A stretch of DNA of 64,000 nucleotides from Mytilus edulis. Taxonomy: Eukaryota. A program made the position numbers and the translations under genes. The stretch is from contig NC_092352.1 in assembly GCF_963676685.1 (NCBI RefSeq), forward strand, positions 31,248,001-31,312,000, in the 5' to 3' direction. This document shows, piece by piece, positions 27,835 through 38,425 of this stretch. Under the pieces are notes generated by a model, which ran no database searches, had not been told where the DNA came from, and saw only the letters and a list, made by a program, of their open reading frames with translations. Within the stretch, counting starts at the first letter, position 1, and the number at the start of each line of letters is the position of its first letter.

Positions 27835-29763
27835 TGCGGGGTTCACACATTGCCGATTATTGCTCCCGTTTGAGATCAGACAGCGATACGACTCCAAAAG
27901 TGAAAAAGTCGGATTACTATCCTCAATTATCTGAAATGTCCTATCATTGTCTGAAAGCAGTCGTTTAAGTTCGTAACAGATTCCTACGGGTCGGGAAGGG
28001 TCCGAATAGTTCGGCGAAGCACCCCGACAGTTAGGTGCGTCCCGTAACATTCGGGGAAACTCAGCCGATTTTGTCTAGTCGGATTACAATCGCGTCTATG
28101 CCGTGACAGATTCTGCTGTATCGGATCAAAATCCTAATAATGTTCTGTGTATTCTGGACGGTGTCCTGTGGAACGGGAATGATCTGGTGAAATTTTTCAT
28201 TGCTGTTTTCTGCCGATTGAGTCCAGATTGCATTTAGATCTTGTCGATTGCAAACCGTTTTTGCCGAAACCGTTCCGGAACAGTCCCCGTTATTAATACG
28301 AAATTCGACAATGATACCCACGTCAGTATCCCGACAATTACAGAATACAATACGACTGAGACCAGACAAAGCCGTTTGCAATGCGATAGAGCGGACCGTG
28401 ATAGGATTTCGTTCTGACAGTACCTAATCATCCCGAGTATGCCGACAGTTTTCAAACGAATAACTTCCGTCAGCGTCGGTTCACTGTCTGGTCACTGTCG
28501 GATCTCTGTCGGATTACATTCGATAGAATCGGGACGCAGTCGTGACAGACTCGGTAGAATTTTACCAGGCGAAATATACAAATTGGATTAGAATCGGAAT
28601 GAAAACGGGATTATCGGGATAAATTCGCTTGGAAACGGTTGAATATCGACGCATCCTGAACAATATCTGATTGTTGTCGTGATTAAATTATTTGTTTAAC
28701 AAATTTTAATTAAATAGATATAGGAAGATGTGGTGTGAGTGCCAATGAGACAACTCTCCATACAAATAACAATTTAAAAAGTAAACCATTATAGGTTAAA
28801 GTACGGCCTTCAACACGGAGCCTTGGCTCACACCGAACAACAAGCTATAAAGGGCCCCAAAATTACTAGTGTAAAACCATTCAAACGGGAAAACCAACGG
28901 TCTAATCTATATAAACAAAACGAGAAACGAGAAACACGTATATATTACATAAACAAACGACAACTACTGTACATCAGATTCCTGACTTAGGACAGGTGCA
29001 AACATTTGCAGCGGGATTAAACGTTTTAATGGATCCAAACCTTCTCCCTTTTTCTGAAACAATAGCATAACATCACAACAAAGAAAAACATACGATAAAA
29101 TATCAATTGGCAGACTTAACTCAATCAAAAAACGTATGATTAAACAATGAACGAATAAATTTGATCTGCGATATCTGAATACAAATGCACAGTTAATTAA
29201 ATATTAGAGACAAACATTCATGACCAAAAAGCTAACAAACAAATTCAAACACAGGACATGACTGAGAAATATTTAACCAATCAATGTTCACTTTAGAAAA
29301 AAACCGTTTTTTTTATAATCTTGAAGTTTATACAAATGTTGTAAGAATAAGTGAAAAATTGAAGATATTACAAATAATGAAAGCTGGTGTACAGACAAGA
29401 TCCATATAAATAAAAATAACAAAAAAGCATTATAAACAGTATCAACAGGTCGAATTAACAAGAAAATACGATTTGAGAGTACTCGCAGTTACTGACAGTT
29501 ACTGACTAGTTAAAAGCCAAAACCAATAAATAATAAAAAATCATGCATCAGAGACTAAAATCGACTAAAACACATCACAGGGATTTCGTCATTAATAGTC
29601 AAATAAGACATGACTTGTGCAATGCCAAAAATAAATGTATCGACAGGTAAGTTTGAATTGCCATCCACGATTCACAGGATCTTGATCAGACTTTTGATAA
29701 ATTTTAATCGGGAATGGTCCTGTCAAGGACGGCAGTAAAAATCGTGAATGTGTGACCCCAGCT
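27835..29763. mobile_element. PIF/Harbinger-like non-autonomous element with a nested repeat (about 28712..29645)
   Basis: Imperfect 17-bp TIR (14/17; ...GGGKTCACACATT); TAA on both flanks; GC-richer body. Confidence 0.65.
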
Positions 29764-31075
29764 TAAGACACGGGAAAAAAGTAAAATAACAAAAATACCG
29801 AACTCCGAAGAAAGTTCCTAAACAAATGGCAAAATCAAAAGCTGAAACACATCAAACGAATGGATAAAACTGTCTTATTTCTACTTAGGACTAGGCATTT
29901 TCTTAGATAGAAAATGTTGGATTAAATCTGGTTTTATATCTAGTAAAACCTCTCACTTGTATGACAGTTGCATAAAACTCCGTTATATTGATAAAGATGT
30001 GTGAACAAGAAACACAGACATAAAATATAAAAAGGGGTACAGCAGGAAACATAGTGTAATACACAAAAACAAGCAAAATGTCAACAAAAACATGCAGATA
30101 TGTTAACAAAGACAAAAAAAGGTAAGTAGACAAACCACAATAGCAAAAACAAAAGATAAGAATACCAAATTTTACCATAACACAACACAATGGCGGAATG
30201 TACAAGTACCGAGCCACTTCCAATGGATACTGCCAAAAAAAGACTAAAAAGTAAAAGTAATAATTTACTAAGACAAATAAAATAATACAATAACACGTTA
30301 ATATAGAGAATAATACATGGCAAAATCCGTATCATATGCCGTATCATCCCGAGATACCAATATCAGCCAGAGGGCCTTTAGGCATGTGATACGGATTTTG
30401 CCATATTTTATACGCTTCATCGTATATTTCAACAGGAGAGTATATATATGAACTGTTTTCTGATCCCTAGCACCTGGGTTACCTTCATTTCTTCTTTTGT
30501 CTTGTTTTAAAAGCTCTCAAAGAACTGCTCAATTACTCATCCGAAGCACATGGGTTACCTTACAATTTGCGTGCTGTTGTTTTAAAAATATTGTGTTTAT
30601 TGTTTTCTTTTTTGTGTGTTTTGTATGGTATTTCATTGAGTTCTTTTTTATAGTTACATAATATGGAAACTCGACGTTTGTGACGTCACATTCCAAACAA
30701 TGACGTCATTCAATAAATTGCGTCACGCCCGAATGACAGTTCATTTAGGACCAATTTTTAGGGGGGAAAAAATCTTGTGAAGCTTGCATAAATTAAAACG
30801 GAGTTTATGTAAAAATGAGAGAAAAAACTAGTAGGGGTGTGATAAAGGGTAGTGGTCAAACTCCATGCAGCGTTATCGTTCGGGGCATACTTCCCTTTCT
30901 CTGTAAAGAAGCGTAGCCAGATGTCACCACTCTTTCGGAGTTTGGGTAGGGGTGTGATAAAGGGTCGGGTATGATAAAGGGTGCGCATCAAAATTGTGCG
31001 ATATGGGTTAAACAACAGGCTAATTATAAAATATTCAAAACTACTGTATTTACTACTAAATATATGATAAATATA

Positions 31076-31187
31076 GATTCTACCACTGCATCGAATGTGA
31101 TACGATATTTATCCACTCGAGACAGTTAAATTTTCAACTGTCGAGAGTGGATAAATATCGTATTACACGAGATTTGGTGGTGGAATC
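31076..31187. repeat. Long imperfect palindrome (arms of about 52 bp)
   Basis: ...TACGATATTTATCCACTCGAGACAGTT / AACTGTCGAGAGTGGATAAATATCGTA...; a second palindrome is at 30317..30404. Confidence 0.8.
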
Positions 31188-31760
31188 TGTTTCTCTAATG
31201 ATTTTCAAACAAAACGCAGGCAAAGTTATTCCTTCGTTGCGATTGATCTGCAAAAAGTCGTGTTCTTTCTATGTGACGTCATCAGGCATGGTCGCCTTTT
31301 TGCATGCCGTCACAATTGGAAATTCAGAGGAAAACAAGAAAATTCGACGTCATAATAGGATTTTAACCAATGAAGAACTGAGTTCAAATGAACCACACGT
31401 TGATAAAAAAAAAATTATACAATGGGTGCAGAAAGGAATAAATTGACGAAGAATTAGAGAAAAGATTATAAACAACGTCAGAACCTAGAATCTATACTTT
31501 AAGACCATAGTATATTATTTGAACAGATGATTCGGAATATTTTTCAGCAAGGTCTTGGTATCTTCCGATGAGTTTTTTTTTTTTAGAAAACGGACGTTCT
31601 TTGCACCATGTATCTTTCTATGAATAAAAGCTCTTGAATACCGAATGAGTTGGGAAATGTATATCCCATATGCAGTTGTAGTTGGTTTAAAGCTATTTAG
31701 GTGGGAAAATTGATTTTAAAAACATGAGTTATCAAAGGTACCAGGATTATAATTTATAGT

Positions 31761-31804
31761 ACGCCAGACGCGCGTTTCGTCTACATAAGACTCATCAGTG
31801 ACGC
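31761..31804 (-). ncRNA. Type I hammerhead ribozyme (copy 1)
   Basis: Minus strand GCGTCA-CTGATGA-GTCT tatgt AGAC-GAAAC gcgc GTC^TGGCGT: full catalytic core, stems I and II, minimal palindromic stem III. Confidence 0.9.
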
Positions 31805-32117
31805 TCATATCAAAATATTTATAAAACCAAACAAGTACAAAGTTGAAGAACATTGATGATCCAAAATTCCAAAAAGTTGTGCCAAATACATCTAAGGTAA
31901 TCTATGCCTGGGATAAGAAAATCCTTAGTTTTTCGAAAAATTCAAAGTTTTGTAAACAGGAAATTTATAAAAATGACCACATTATTGATATTCATGTCAA
32001 CACCGAAATGTTGACTACTGGGCTGGTGATACCCTCGGGGACGAAACGTCCACCAGCAGTGGCATCGACCCAGTGGTGTAAATAGTTATCAAAGGTACCA
32101 GGATTATAATTTATAGT

Positions 32118-32161
32118 ACGCCAGACGCGCGTTTCGTCTACATAAGACTCATCAGTGACGC
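32118..32161 (-). ncRNA. Type I hammerhead ribozyme (copy 2)
   Basis: Identical to copy 1. Confidence 0.9.
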
Positions 32162-32474
32162 TCATATCAAAATATTTATAAAACCAAACAAGTACAAAGT
32201 TGAAGAGCATTGGGGATCCAAAATTCCAAAAAGTTGTGCCAAATACATCTAAGGTAATCTATGCCTGGGATAAGAAAATCCTTAGTTTTTCGAAAAATTC
32301 AAAGTTTTGTAAACAGGAAATTTATAAAAATGACCACATTATTGATATTCATGTCAACACCGAAATGTTGACTACTGGGCTGGTGATACCCTCGGGGACG
32401 AAACGTCCACCAGCAGTGGCATCGACCCAGTGGTGTAAATAGTTATCAAAGGTACCAGGATTATAATTTATAGT

Positions 32475-32518
32475 ACGCCAGACGCGCGTTTCGTCTACAT
32501 AAGACTCATCGGTGACGC
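32475..32518 (-). ncRNA. Type I hammerhead ribozyme (copy 3, U4C core variant)
   Basis: Core reads CCGATGA because of a substitution at 32511. Confidence 0.8.
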
Positions 32519-32831
32519 TCATATCAAAATATTTATAAAACCAAACAAGTACAAAGTTGAAGAGCATTGGGGATCCAAAATTCCAAAAAGTTGTGCCAAA
32601 TACATCTAAGGTAATCTATGCCTGGGATAAGAAAATCCTTAGTTTTTCGAAAAATTCAAAGTTTTGTAAACAGGAAATTTATAAAAATGACCACATTATT
32701 GATATTCATGTCAACACCGAAATGTTGACTACTGGGCTGGTGATACCCTCGGGGACGAAACGTCCACCAGCAGTGGCATCGACCCAGTGGTGTAAATAGT
32801 TATCAAAGGTACCAGGATTATAATTTATAGT

Positions 32832-32875
32832 ACGCCAGACGCGCGTTTCGTCTACATAAGACTCATCAGTGACGC
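32832..32875 (-). ncRNA. Type I hammerhead ribozyme (copy 4)
   Basis: Identical to copy 1. Confidence 0.9.
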
Positions 32876-33377
32876 TCATATCGTCTCTTTTGTCCTAGAC
32901 TTTGGTAGCGCTTAACGTCAAATTCGAGTTTTTAAGTCTAAAAATGATACAGAGGAAGCCGTGTCTGTTGTTTTTTAATTTTTAGTTCTGGTGGATATAT
33001 TTATGAAACCAATCAGAAAAGTTTGGATTGTTAATGGAAAGAACATCATCAATATATCTAACTGTGAAGTTAAATGATCTGGTTTCTTTGGTTTTCTTGT
33101 TTTTTGACAAATGTCTGAAGGGATTCCGACTCATAAGAAAATAAGACGAAGTTGACAAGAAGAGGCTGATAGTTTGTTCCCAAAGGAATGCAGACAATTT
33201 GTTGAAAAAGTCTTACTTCAAATTCCACAAATATGTTGTCAATTAGAAACTTCAGCATACTGATCATTTGCTCCTCTGTAGCATGTTTTTGTTCACTATT
33301 AACAAAATATCCCGTTTGGTATTTCAAAGTTATAAAATTATACCGTATGCTACCATTTGTATGTTGAAACGTAACTG

Positions 33378-33800
33378 TAAACCAAGAGTTCCAAGGTGAA
33401 GTTGAAGTCATCCCTTCTATTTTACTTGCGCCACCACGAGTTGGTTGACCGTTATGGAATATTCGTTAGACAGATGATATCGCATATGTTCCTTATGTCA
33501 TATCTACAATCCCGTTCCCTCCTACCGATTGCGATCTTCCGAATTAAACTATTTACCGAGTTTGTTATAACATAGCAACACGACAGATGCCACATGTGGA
33601 GCAGGATCTGCTTGACCTTCCGGAGCACCTAGGATCTACCCCAGTTTTGGTTGGCTTCGTGTTGTTTAGTCTTTAGTTTTCTTTGTTGTGTTTTGTTTGC
33701 TATTGTTTTCTGTTTGTCCTTTTATTTTTTGGCCATGGCGTTGTCGGTTTGTTTTCGATTTCAGAGCTTGACTGTTCCTTTGGTATCTTTCGGTCCTCTT
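33378..33800 (+). mobile_element. Penelope-like element 3' end remnant
   Basis: KLKSSL...RHHELVDRYG followed by the same tail as 4629..5078. Confidence 0.7.
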
Positions 33801-34469
33801 TTTGCATTCTCTTGACAGTTGTTGAGTAATCTTGAAACAATGTTAAAAAAAGGAGGAGATGCCGTGGGTACTTCGCAACCAACAAGGAAAATTGTAGTCT
33901 ATATCATACTATACAGAAAACTTAAAATTGAGTCCAAAACCTGTGGTTAACTCAGATATTCCGTTTCTGCTCACCTAGTGTCATCTGTCCTGATGCTCAT
34001 GAAAAGGAAAGTTTCAGTGATATTATATTGAAATTATCAGTTTCCATTCAAAATGGGGGACAAATGGGACACGACAAGAGTAAAATATGTTTGTAATTGT
34101 TAGGAATGTTTTGTAACCTCTTGGTGTGACCTTTTAGTGTTTATCTTTGATTACCTTGTTATGTTATATTACTGATTTTAACGTTTACCTCATATCTGTT
34201 TTTAAAAATTATCAACTTAACATTTGCATACATAATCAACAACTACTTAATATGTAAATGATTTTAATCAATTATTGAGTTACTGTACATACATTTTCGT
34301 TGTTAATATCTTTATGAAATAAGCAAACCCCTTTCGCTCATATAAATACAAGTTTTAATAGATCTATAAACAATAAGACCATGTGGTATGATTTACAATC
34401 AGACAACACTCCACTAGAGACAATATGACATAGAAGTTATCAACTATATGCCACACTATAAGATTAATA

Positions 34470-35921
34470 TCAAGTATTCATTTGTTCCAAAAGTGGAACC
34501 AAGAATACGACGCATACAATGGCGTTTAGTCCTATGAAAACCAAGAAGAAAAGCATATCTAAAGTAGAAGCAACGAGTTTCCAATCTACTCCCCATTTAC
34601 GGTTATGTTCTTCGTCCGAATCAGTTGTCACTATACTCCTGGTGTCAAGTTTCCCTCGCTTTTGTAATTCGAAATTGACTGGGTATTCTGGGTCCTCAAA
34701 TTCATCCTCGCTACAAATTCTACAATTTAAGCAGCCTATTAAATTAGATAGCCAATTTGGAACCATTTTTTTCTCGTCTTTATGGAAAATTCTAAGCGTG
34801 AAGATAGTCACAAACGCAGTTCCAGCACTAATGGCAACCATACACATTAGAAAATAGCACAACGTAGACATAGGATCGGATGTTTTCGGTAAGTTATCAG
34901 AAATCATTGTAAGATACACGGCAAATGTCAGGAATGCGGTTACAGAATAACCGATTCGTTCTCCAGAATTCCCTGGCAACAAAAATACAAGAGTACTAAT
35001 TACAGCTAGTATCAAAATAGGAGTAACAAGATTTACTACAAAATATAAAGGACGTCGCGTAAATTTTAATTTCACAAGGATAAAAGATGAACCATCAATT
35101 TCTTCGACTTCGATAGCCGTACTATCCAAAGTCCACTCCATATTATCTTGATAGTCAGTTAAATTAACTTCCGGTTCCAAAGCGTTGAACTTGACCTCTG
35201 TGCTTGGATGTCCAAACGATATAAACCTCACTACGCACTCTTGTGAGTCGAAAGGGAAATGGGTTACGTCGATTAAGCAGGCGGACTTCGAATTTATACC
35301 TGGTTTCCACGTAACTAGTGGTACCTCTTTGATAATAGTTTTTGTAATAGTTCCTTCATTACTGTCATTTTTAACACAAGTTGTGTAGCCCATCTGAACA
35401 CGAACGTGATATGTAGAATCTGCGATCGGTATAATAGCTTTTACCGAGTTAAATACAGATACAGGCGGTTTCCAAACATAATTCTCTGGAATAAGAAATT
35501 TGGTAAGACTTCCGTGATCAACCTCATCAAATGAATCGTCGACAAGTTCATCATTCCACAGCAGAGTAAGAAATCCTACGATCTCTAAAGTTCCAGCGAC
35601 TTCGTTGAAATCTATGACTTGTAAAAGATCGAATGACATATTTACCTGAACAACAGACAAATCTGCTCTCGGTGGAACCAGCGTGTTGTAGGAAGCTCTA
35701 CTTCCGGTGAATGTCGTAGACAAAAAACTTTCGAACTGTGTTTTAGAAACTAAATTCGCATTAGGAGTACACACTTCTGTGCAGTTAACGTTTTTATTAC
35801 ACGGTACCGCATTAACAGGTTGTGTTGTGCAGATAAAGTTTTTATTACACGGTACCGCATTAACATGTTGATGTCCGAAAAAGCAGAAAGTTATAACACA
35901 TATTTTCTTTAACAACTCCAT
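34470..35921 (-). CDS. nAChR-like non-alpha subunit (gene 6) with a Cys-rich N-terminal extension, single-exon CDS
   Basis: CLIDVTHFPFDSQEC; NSGERIGYSVTAFL; four TMs; 16-aa N-terminal duplication. Confidence 0.94.
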   Translation of the reverse strand: MELLKKICVITFCFFGHQHVNAVPCNKNFICTTQPVNAVPCNKNVNCTEVCTPNANLVSKTQFESFLSTTFTGSRASYNTLVPPRADLSVVQVNMSFDLLQVIDFNEVAGTLEIVGFLTLLWNDELVDDSFDEVDHGSLTKFLIPENYVWKPPVSVFNSVKAIIPIADSTYHVRVQMGYTTCVKNDSNEGTITKTIIKEVPLVTWKPGINSKSACLIDVTHFPFDSQECVVRFISFGHPSTEVKFNALEPEVNLTDYQDNMEWTLDSTAIEVEEIDGSSFILVKLKFTRRPLYFVVNLVTPILILAVISTLVFLLPGNSGERIGYSVTAFLTFAVYLTMISDNLPKTSDPMSTLCYFLMCMVAISAGTAFVTIFTLRIFHKDEKKMVPNWLSNLIGCLNCRICSEDEFEDPEYPVNFELQKRGKLDTRSIVTTDSDEEHNRKWGVDWKLVASTLDMLFFLVFIGLNAIVCVVFLVPLLEQMNT

Positions 35922-36343
35922 GATGTTTGTACAATTCCGTTTTCCTTATATGATTTAAGAACGAACCGTTCCATGTGAACAGATTTGGCATCAAAATAAT
36001 GATGTGTGATTAAATCGAAGTTTAAATACTTCAAAAGACAAGAGGTCGACACCGTTAAACATACTGATATTTCATATTTAATTAATTAGATAGAACTTTA
36101 GTCGTACATATGATATAGAACTCAATCAGGACATCATGAATAAGTTTTCAACTTTAAAATTTGAAGTGCAAATGTTTGTATTGTAATATTCGGAAGTCCT
36201 AAAGGGGGACACTTCATTGTTCCCTGTCCGTAAGCACGATTAAATAGTCCGATATCTCAATTAAGTAATTAGTTAATTATCTCGAGTTTTTCATCGTTAT
36301 CTCGATTTTAATAATTCTTATCTCGATATATGTAGTCGTTATC

Positions 36344-38425
36344 CGGTCTCTAAAAACACCGCAAAGGACCTCCTTTGTGCACAAAGGAGCACAAAGGACC
36401 ACAAAGGAGCTTCATAAGAGCACAAAGGACCTGAAATTGTTTATTAAATGGGGGGAAAGGCATTTCTCACGAAAAAAACATTTCAGAATAGCCAACATAT
36501 AGCCGTTATTGAGTATACAGGTTCATGTCCAACTACCAACACAACACATGGTAATGCCAAACACGTCTCACATGAGTTTATACGTACAGACCCTTCAGTA
36601 ATGAATCGTATAACCGAGGGACTCAATAATAAGAAATCCTGCATCGAAATATATCAGGACATGGTACTTTAAGACCCTGATAACGCACCGAAATATCTTC
36701 AACAAGTCCATACAAAAAAACATTACAACAAAAAACAGGTTTCTCATGCTGCCAAAGCCAATATAGCCGATGAAGTGCTACAAATTTTGTCAATGGTAAA
36801 TGATCATGACTTTGTGAAAGAGGTTGTATATACACAGGATAACAGTAAGCCACCATCCATCATATGCTACACGTCTGAGCAGATAGCTGACATAAAAACA
36901 CACTTGCAAGCTGATCCTAGTACAGTCCTTGGTGTTGACAGAACTTTCAATTTAGGTTCAGTTTTTGTGACAAACTTTGTTTATAAAAACAAAAAGGTCA
37001 TTTCGAAGTCAACCCGTGACCATCCAATATTCATTGTGCCAGTGTTTTTCCATTGGGACGGTTCCATGGAGACTTACCACACTTTCTTTTCACACTTCAA
37101 AGCTCGGATACTAACGGAGGTGCAATGTTTCGACGTCAAACTTGGTAGCGACGATGAAGGTGGTTTGAGAGTTGCATTAGACAGCGTTTTTTCAAAGCCG
37201 GACAGATTACTCTGCACAAAGCACATAAAAGACAATGTGACAGATTACATTAAAAACAAGCTGCCTCTAACATCTAATCAAAGATCGCAGATTATGTCCA
37301 ACATTTTTAACGATAATGGCATAGCAACAGCTGATGACACCATAGATTTCGATATCAAATCCAATGAACTTTGTAATAGCTTTCCATGTTTTGCCAATTA
37401 TTTTGAGATAAGACTTAAAACCCGCTTGTTCAATTATGTCAATCAACCCTTTCGCAAATATGATTCTAACAGACTCTGGACAAACAATAACTGTGAGTCC
37501 ATGAACCACCGGTTTAAGGTAGCACTGAACTGGAAACCACATCAATTACCAGAACTTTTAGACAAAATCTACAATGTTATACAACTTCACCACACAGATT
37601 TAAAACGCAGTATAGTTGGAAACGGCAATTATGAACTTTTCGGAAATTTCAAGAAACACAGAATTCAACATTCCAAATGGCACAGTCTTTCCCAAATTGA
37701 AAAAGAAGTGCTTTACCGAAAGCTTGCCAGTGATAAAAAGTTTAGTGACAATATGTTAAGAGCAGCAAATGGTTTTGCAATACCAAAAGTTAAACGTCTC
37801 GCCAAGAAGCCTGGTCAACGTCACCGACCAAGAACAGCTGCAGTGAGGACAAAGCCAAAATTTTAAATGTTATTGTTAAATCATATGTATTTATTTATCA
37901 TGTTTATTTAATCTTAATAAATCATAATTGAAAATATAAAGTTTTGACTTTTTTGTTATAATGCAAGTATTCTTACTTCACTTAAAAAAATAATACGTAT
38001 AAAGAAAACAAAGTGATGATATATGAGACCAAAAAACAACCAACAACACATTGCTATCCTATATAATTTTCGAAGTTTTGGTAACGGCATACCCTTGAAA
38101 AATTACAACAATAAGATACCAAGATTAATAATTGACGTTTTTATCAGTTATATTACATTTTTACTATTTAAAAATTCACATACATGAACTATCTCTTAAC
38201 CCGGATATAAAGTCGGTTCCAAACCGATACCGGTGAAAACTACAAATCGTACATTATTAAAATCGCAATTTTTATTGAAATTGTTTTGTTTTTTTTTACA
38301 TTTTTTTTCATGACTTATAATATTTTTATGTTTTAAAATGAATTTCAGGTCCTTTGTGCTCTTATGAAGCTCCTTTGTGGTCCTTTGTGCACAAAGGAGG
38401 TCCTTTGCGGTGTTTTTAGAGACCC
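36344..38425 (+). mobile_element. Mutator-like (MULE) DNA transposon, defective
   Basis: About 85-95 bp TIRs (GGTCTCTAAAAACACCGCAAAGGACC...); 9-bp TSD GTCGTTATC at 36335..36343 and 38426..38434; internal transposase. Confidence 0.92.
36448..37866 (+). pseudogene. MULE DDE transposase with one in-frame stop (TAA 36670..36672), probably 5'-deleted
   Basis: ORFs 36448..36672 and 36775..37866 share a frame and the gap between them is open. Motifs VDRTFNLG, GSDDE, LLCTKH (CxxH) and TNNNCESMN. Confidence 0.85.

Larger units (their letters stand above)
31727..32882 (-). mobile_element. Non-LTR retrozyme tandem array, 357-bp unit x about 3.2
   Basis: Near-identical 357-bp units, each carrying a type I hammerhead on the minus strand; no credible ORF. 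Confidence 0.9.
31520..33378 (-). mobile_element. Penelope-like retroelement RT remnant, frameshifted, interrupted by the retrozyme array
   Basis: Motifs FLIDNIFVEF, IPLGTN..PLL..LFSYE, RYIDDVLSINN, IYPPELK, SFLDL and DKRD lie to the right of the array; INFP and AYGIYISQLIRYSRA lie to its left. Confidence 0.8.

Noticed and set aside
31843-32799. Repeated 80-aa and 72-aa ORFs
   Set aside because: Non-ATG starts inside non-coding retrozyme units.
31727-33378. Template-switch chimera between PLE RNA and retrozyme RNA
   Set aside because: The RT sequence continues on the far side of the array and is more decayed, so a later insertion is the simpler explanation.
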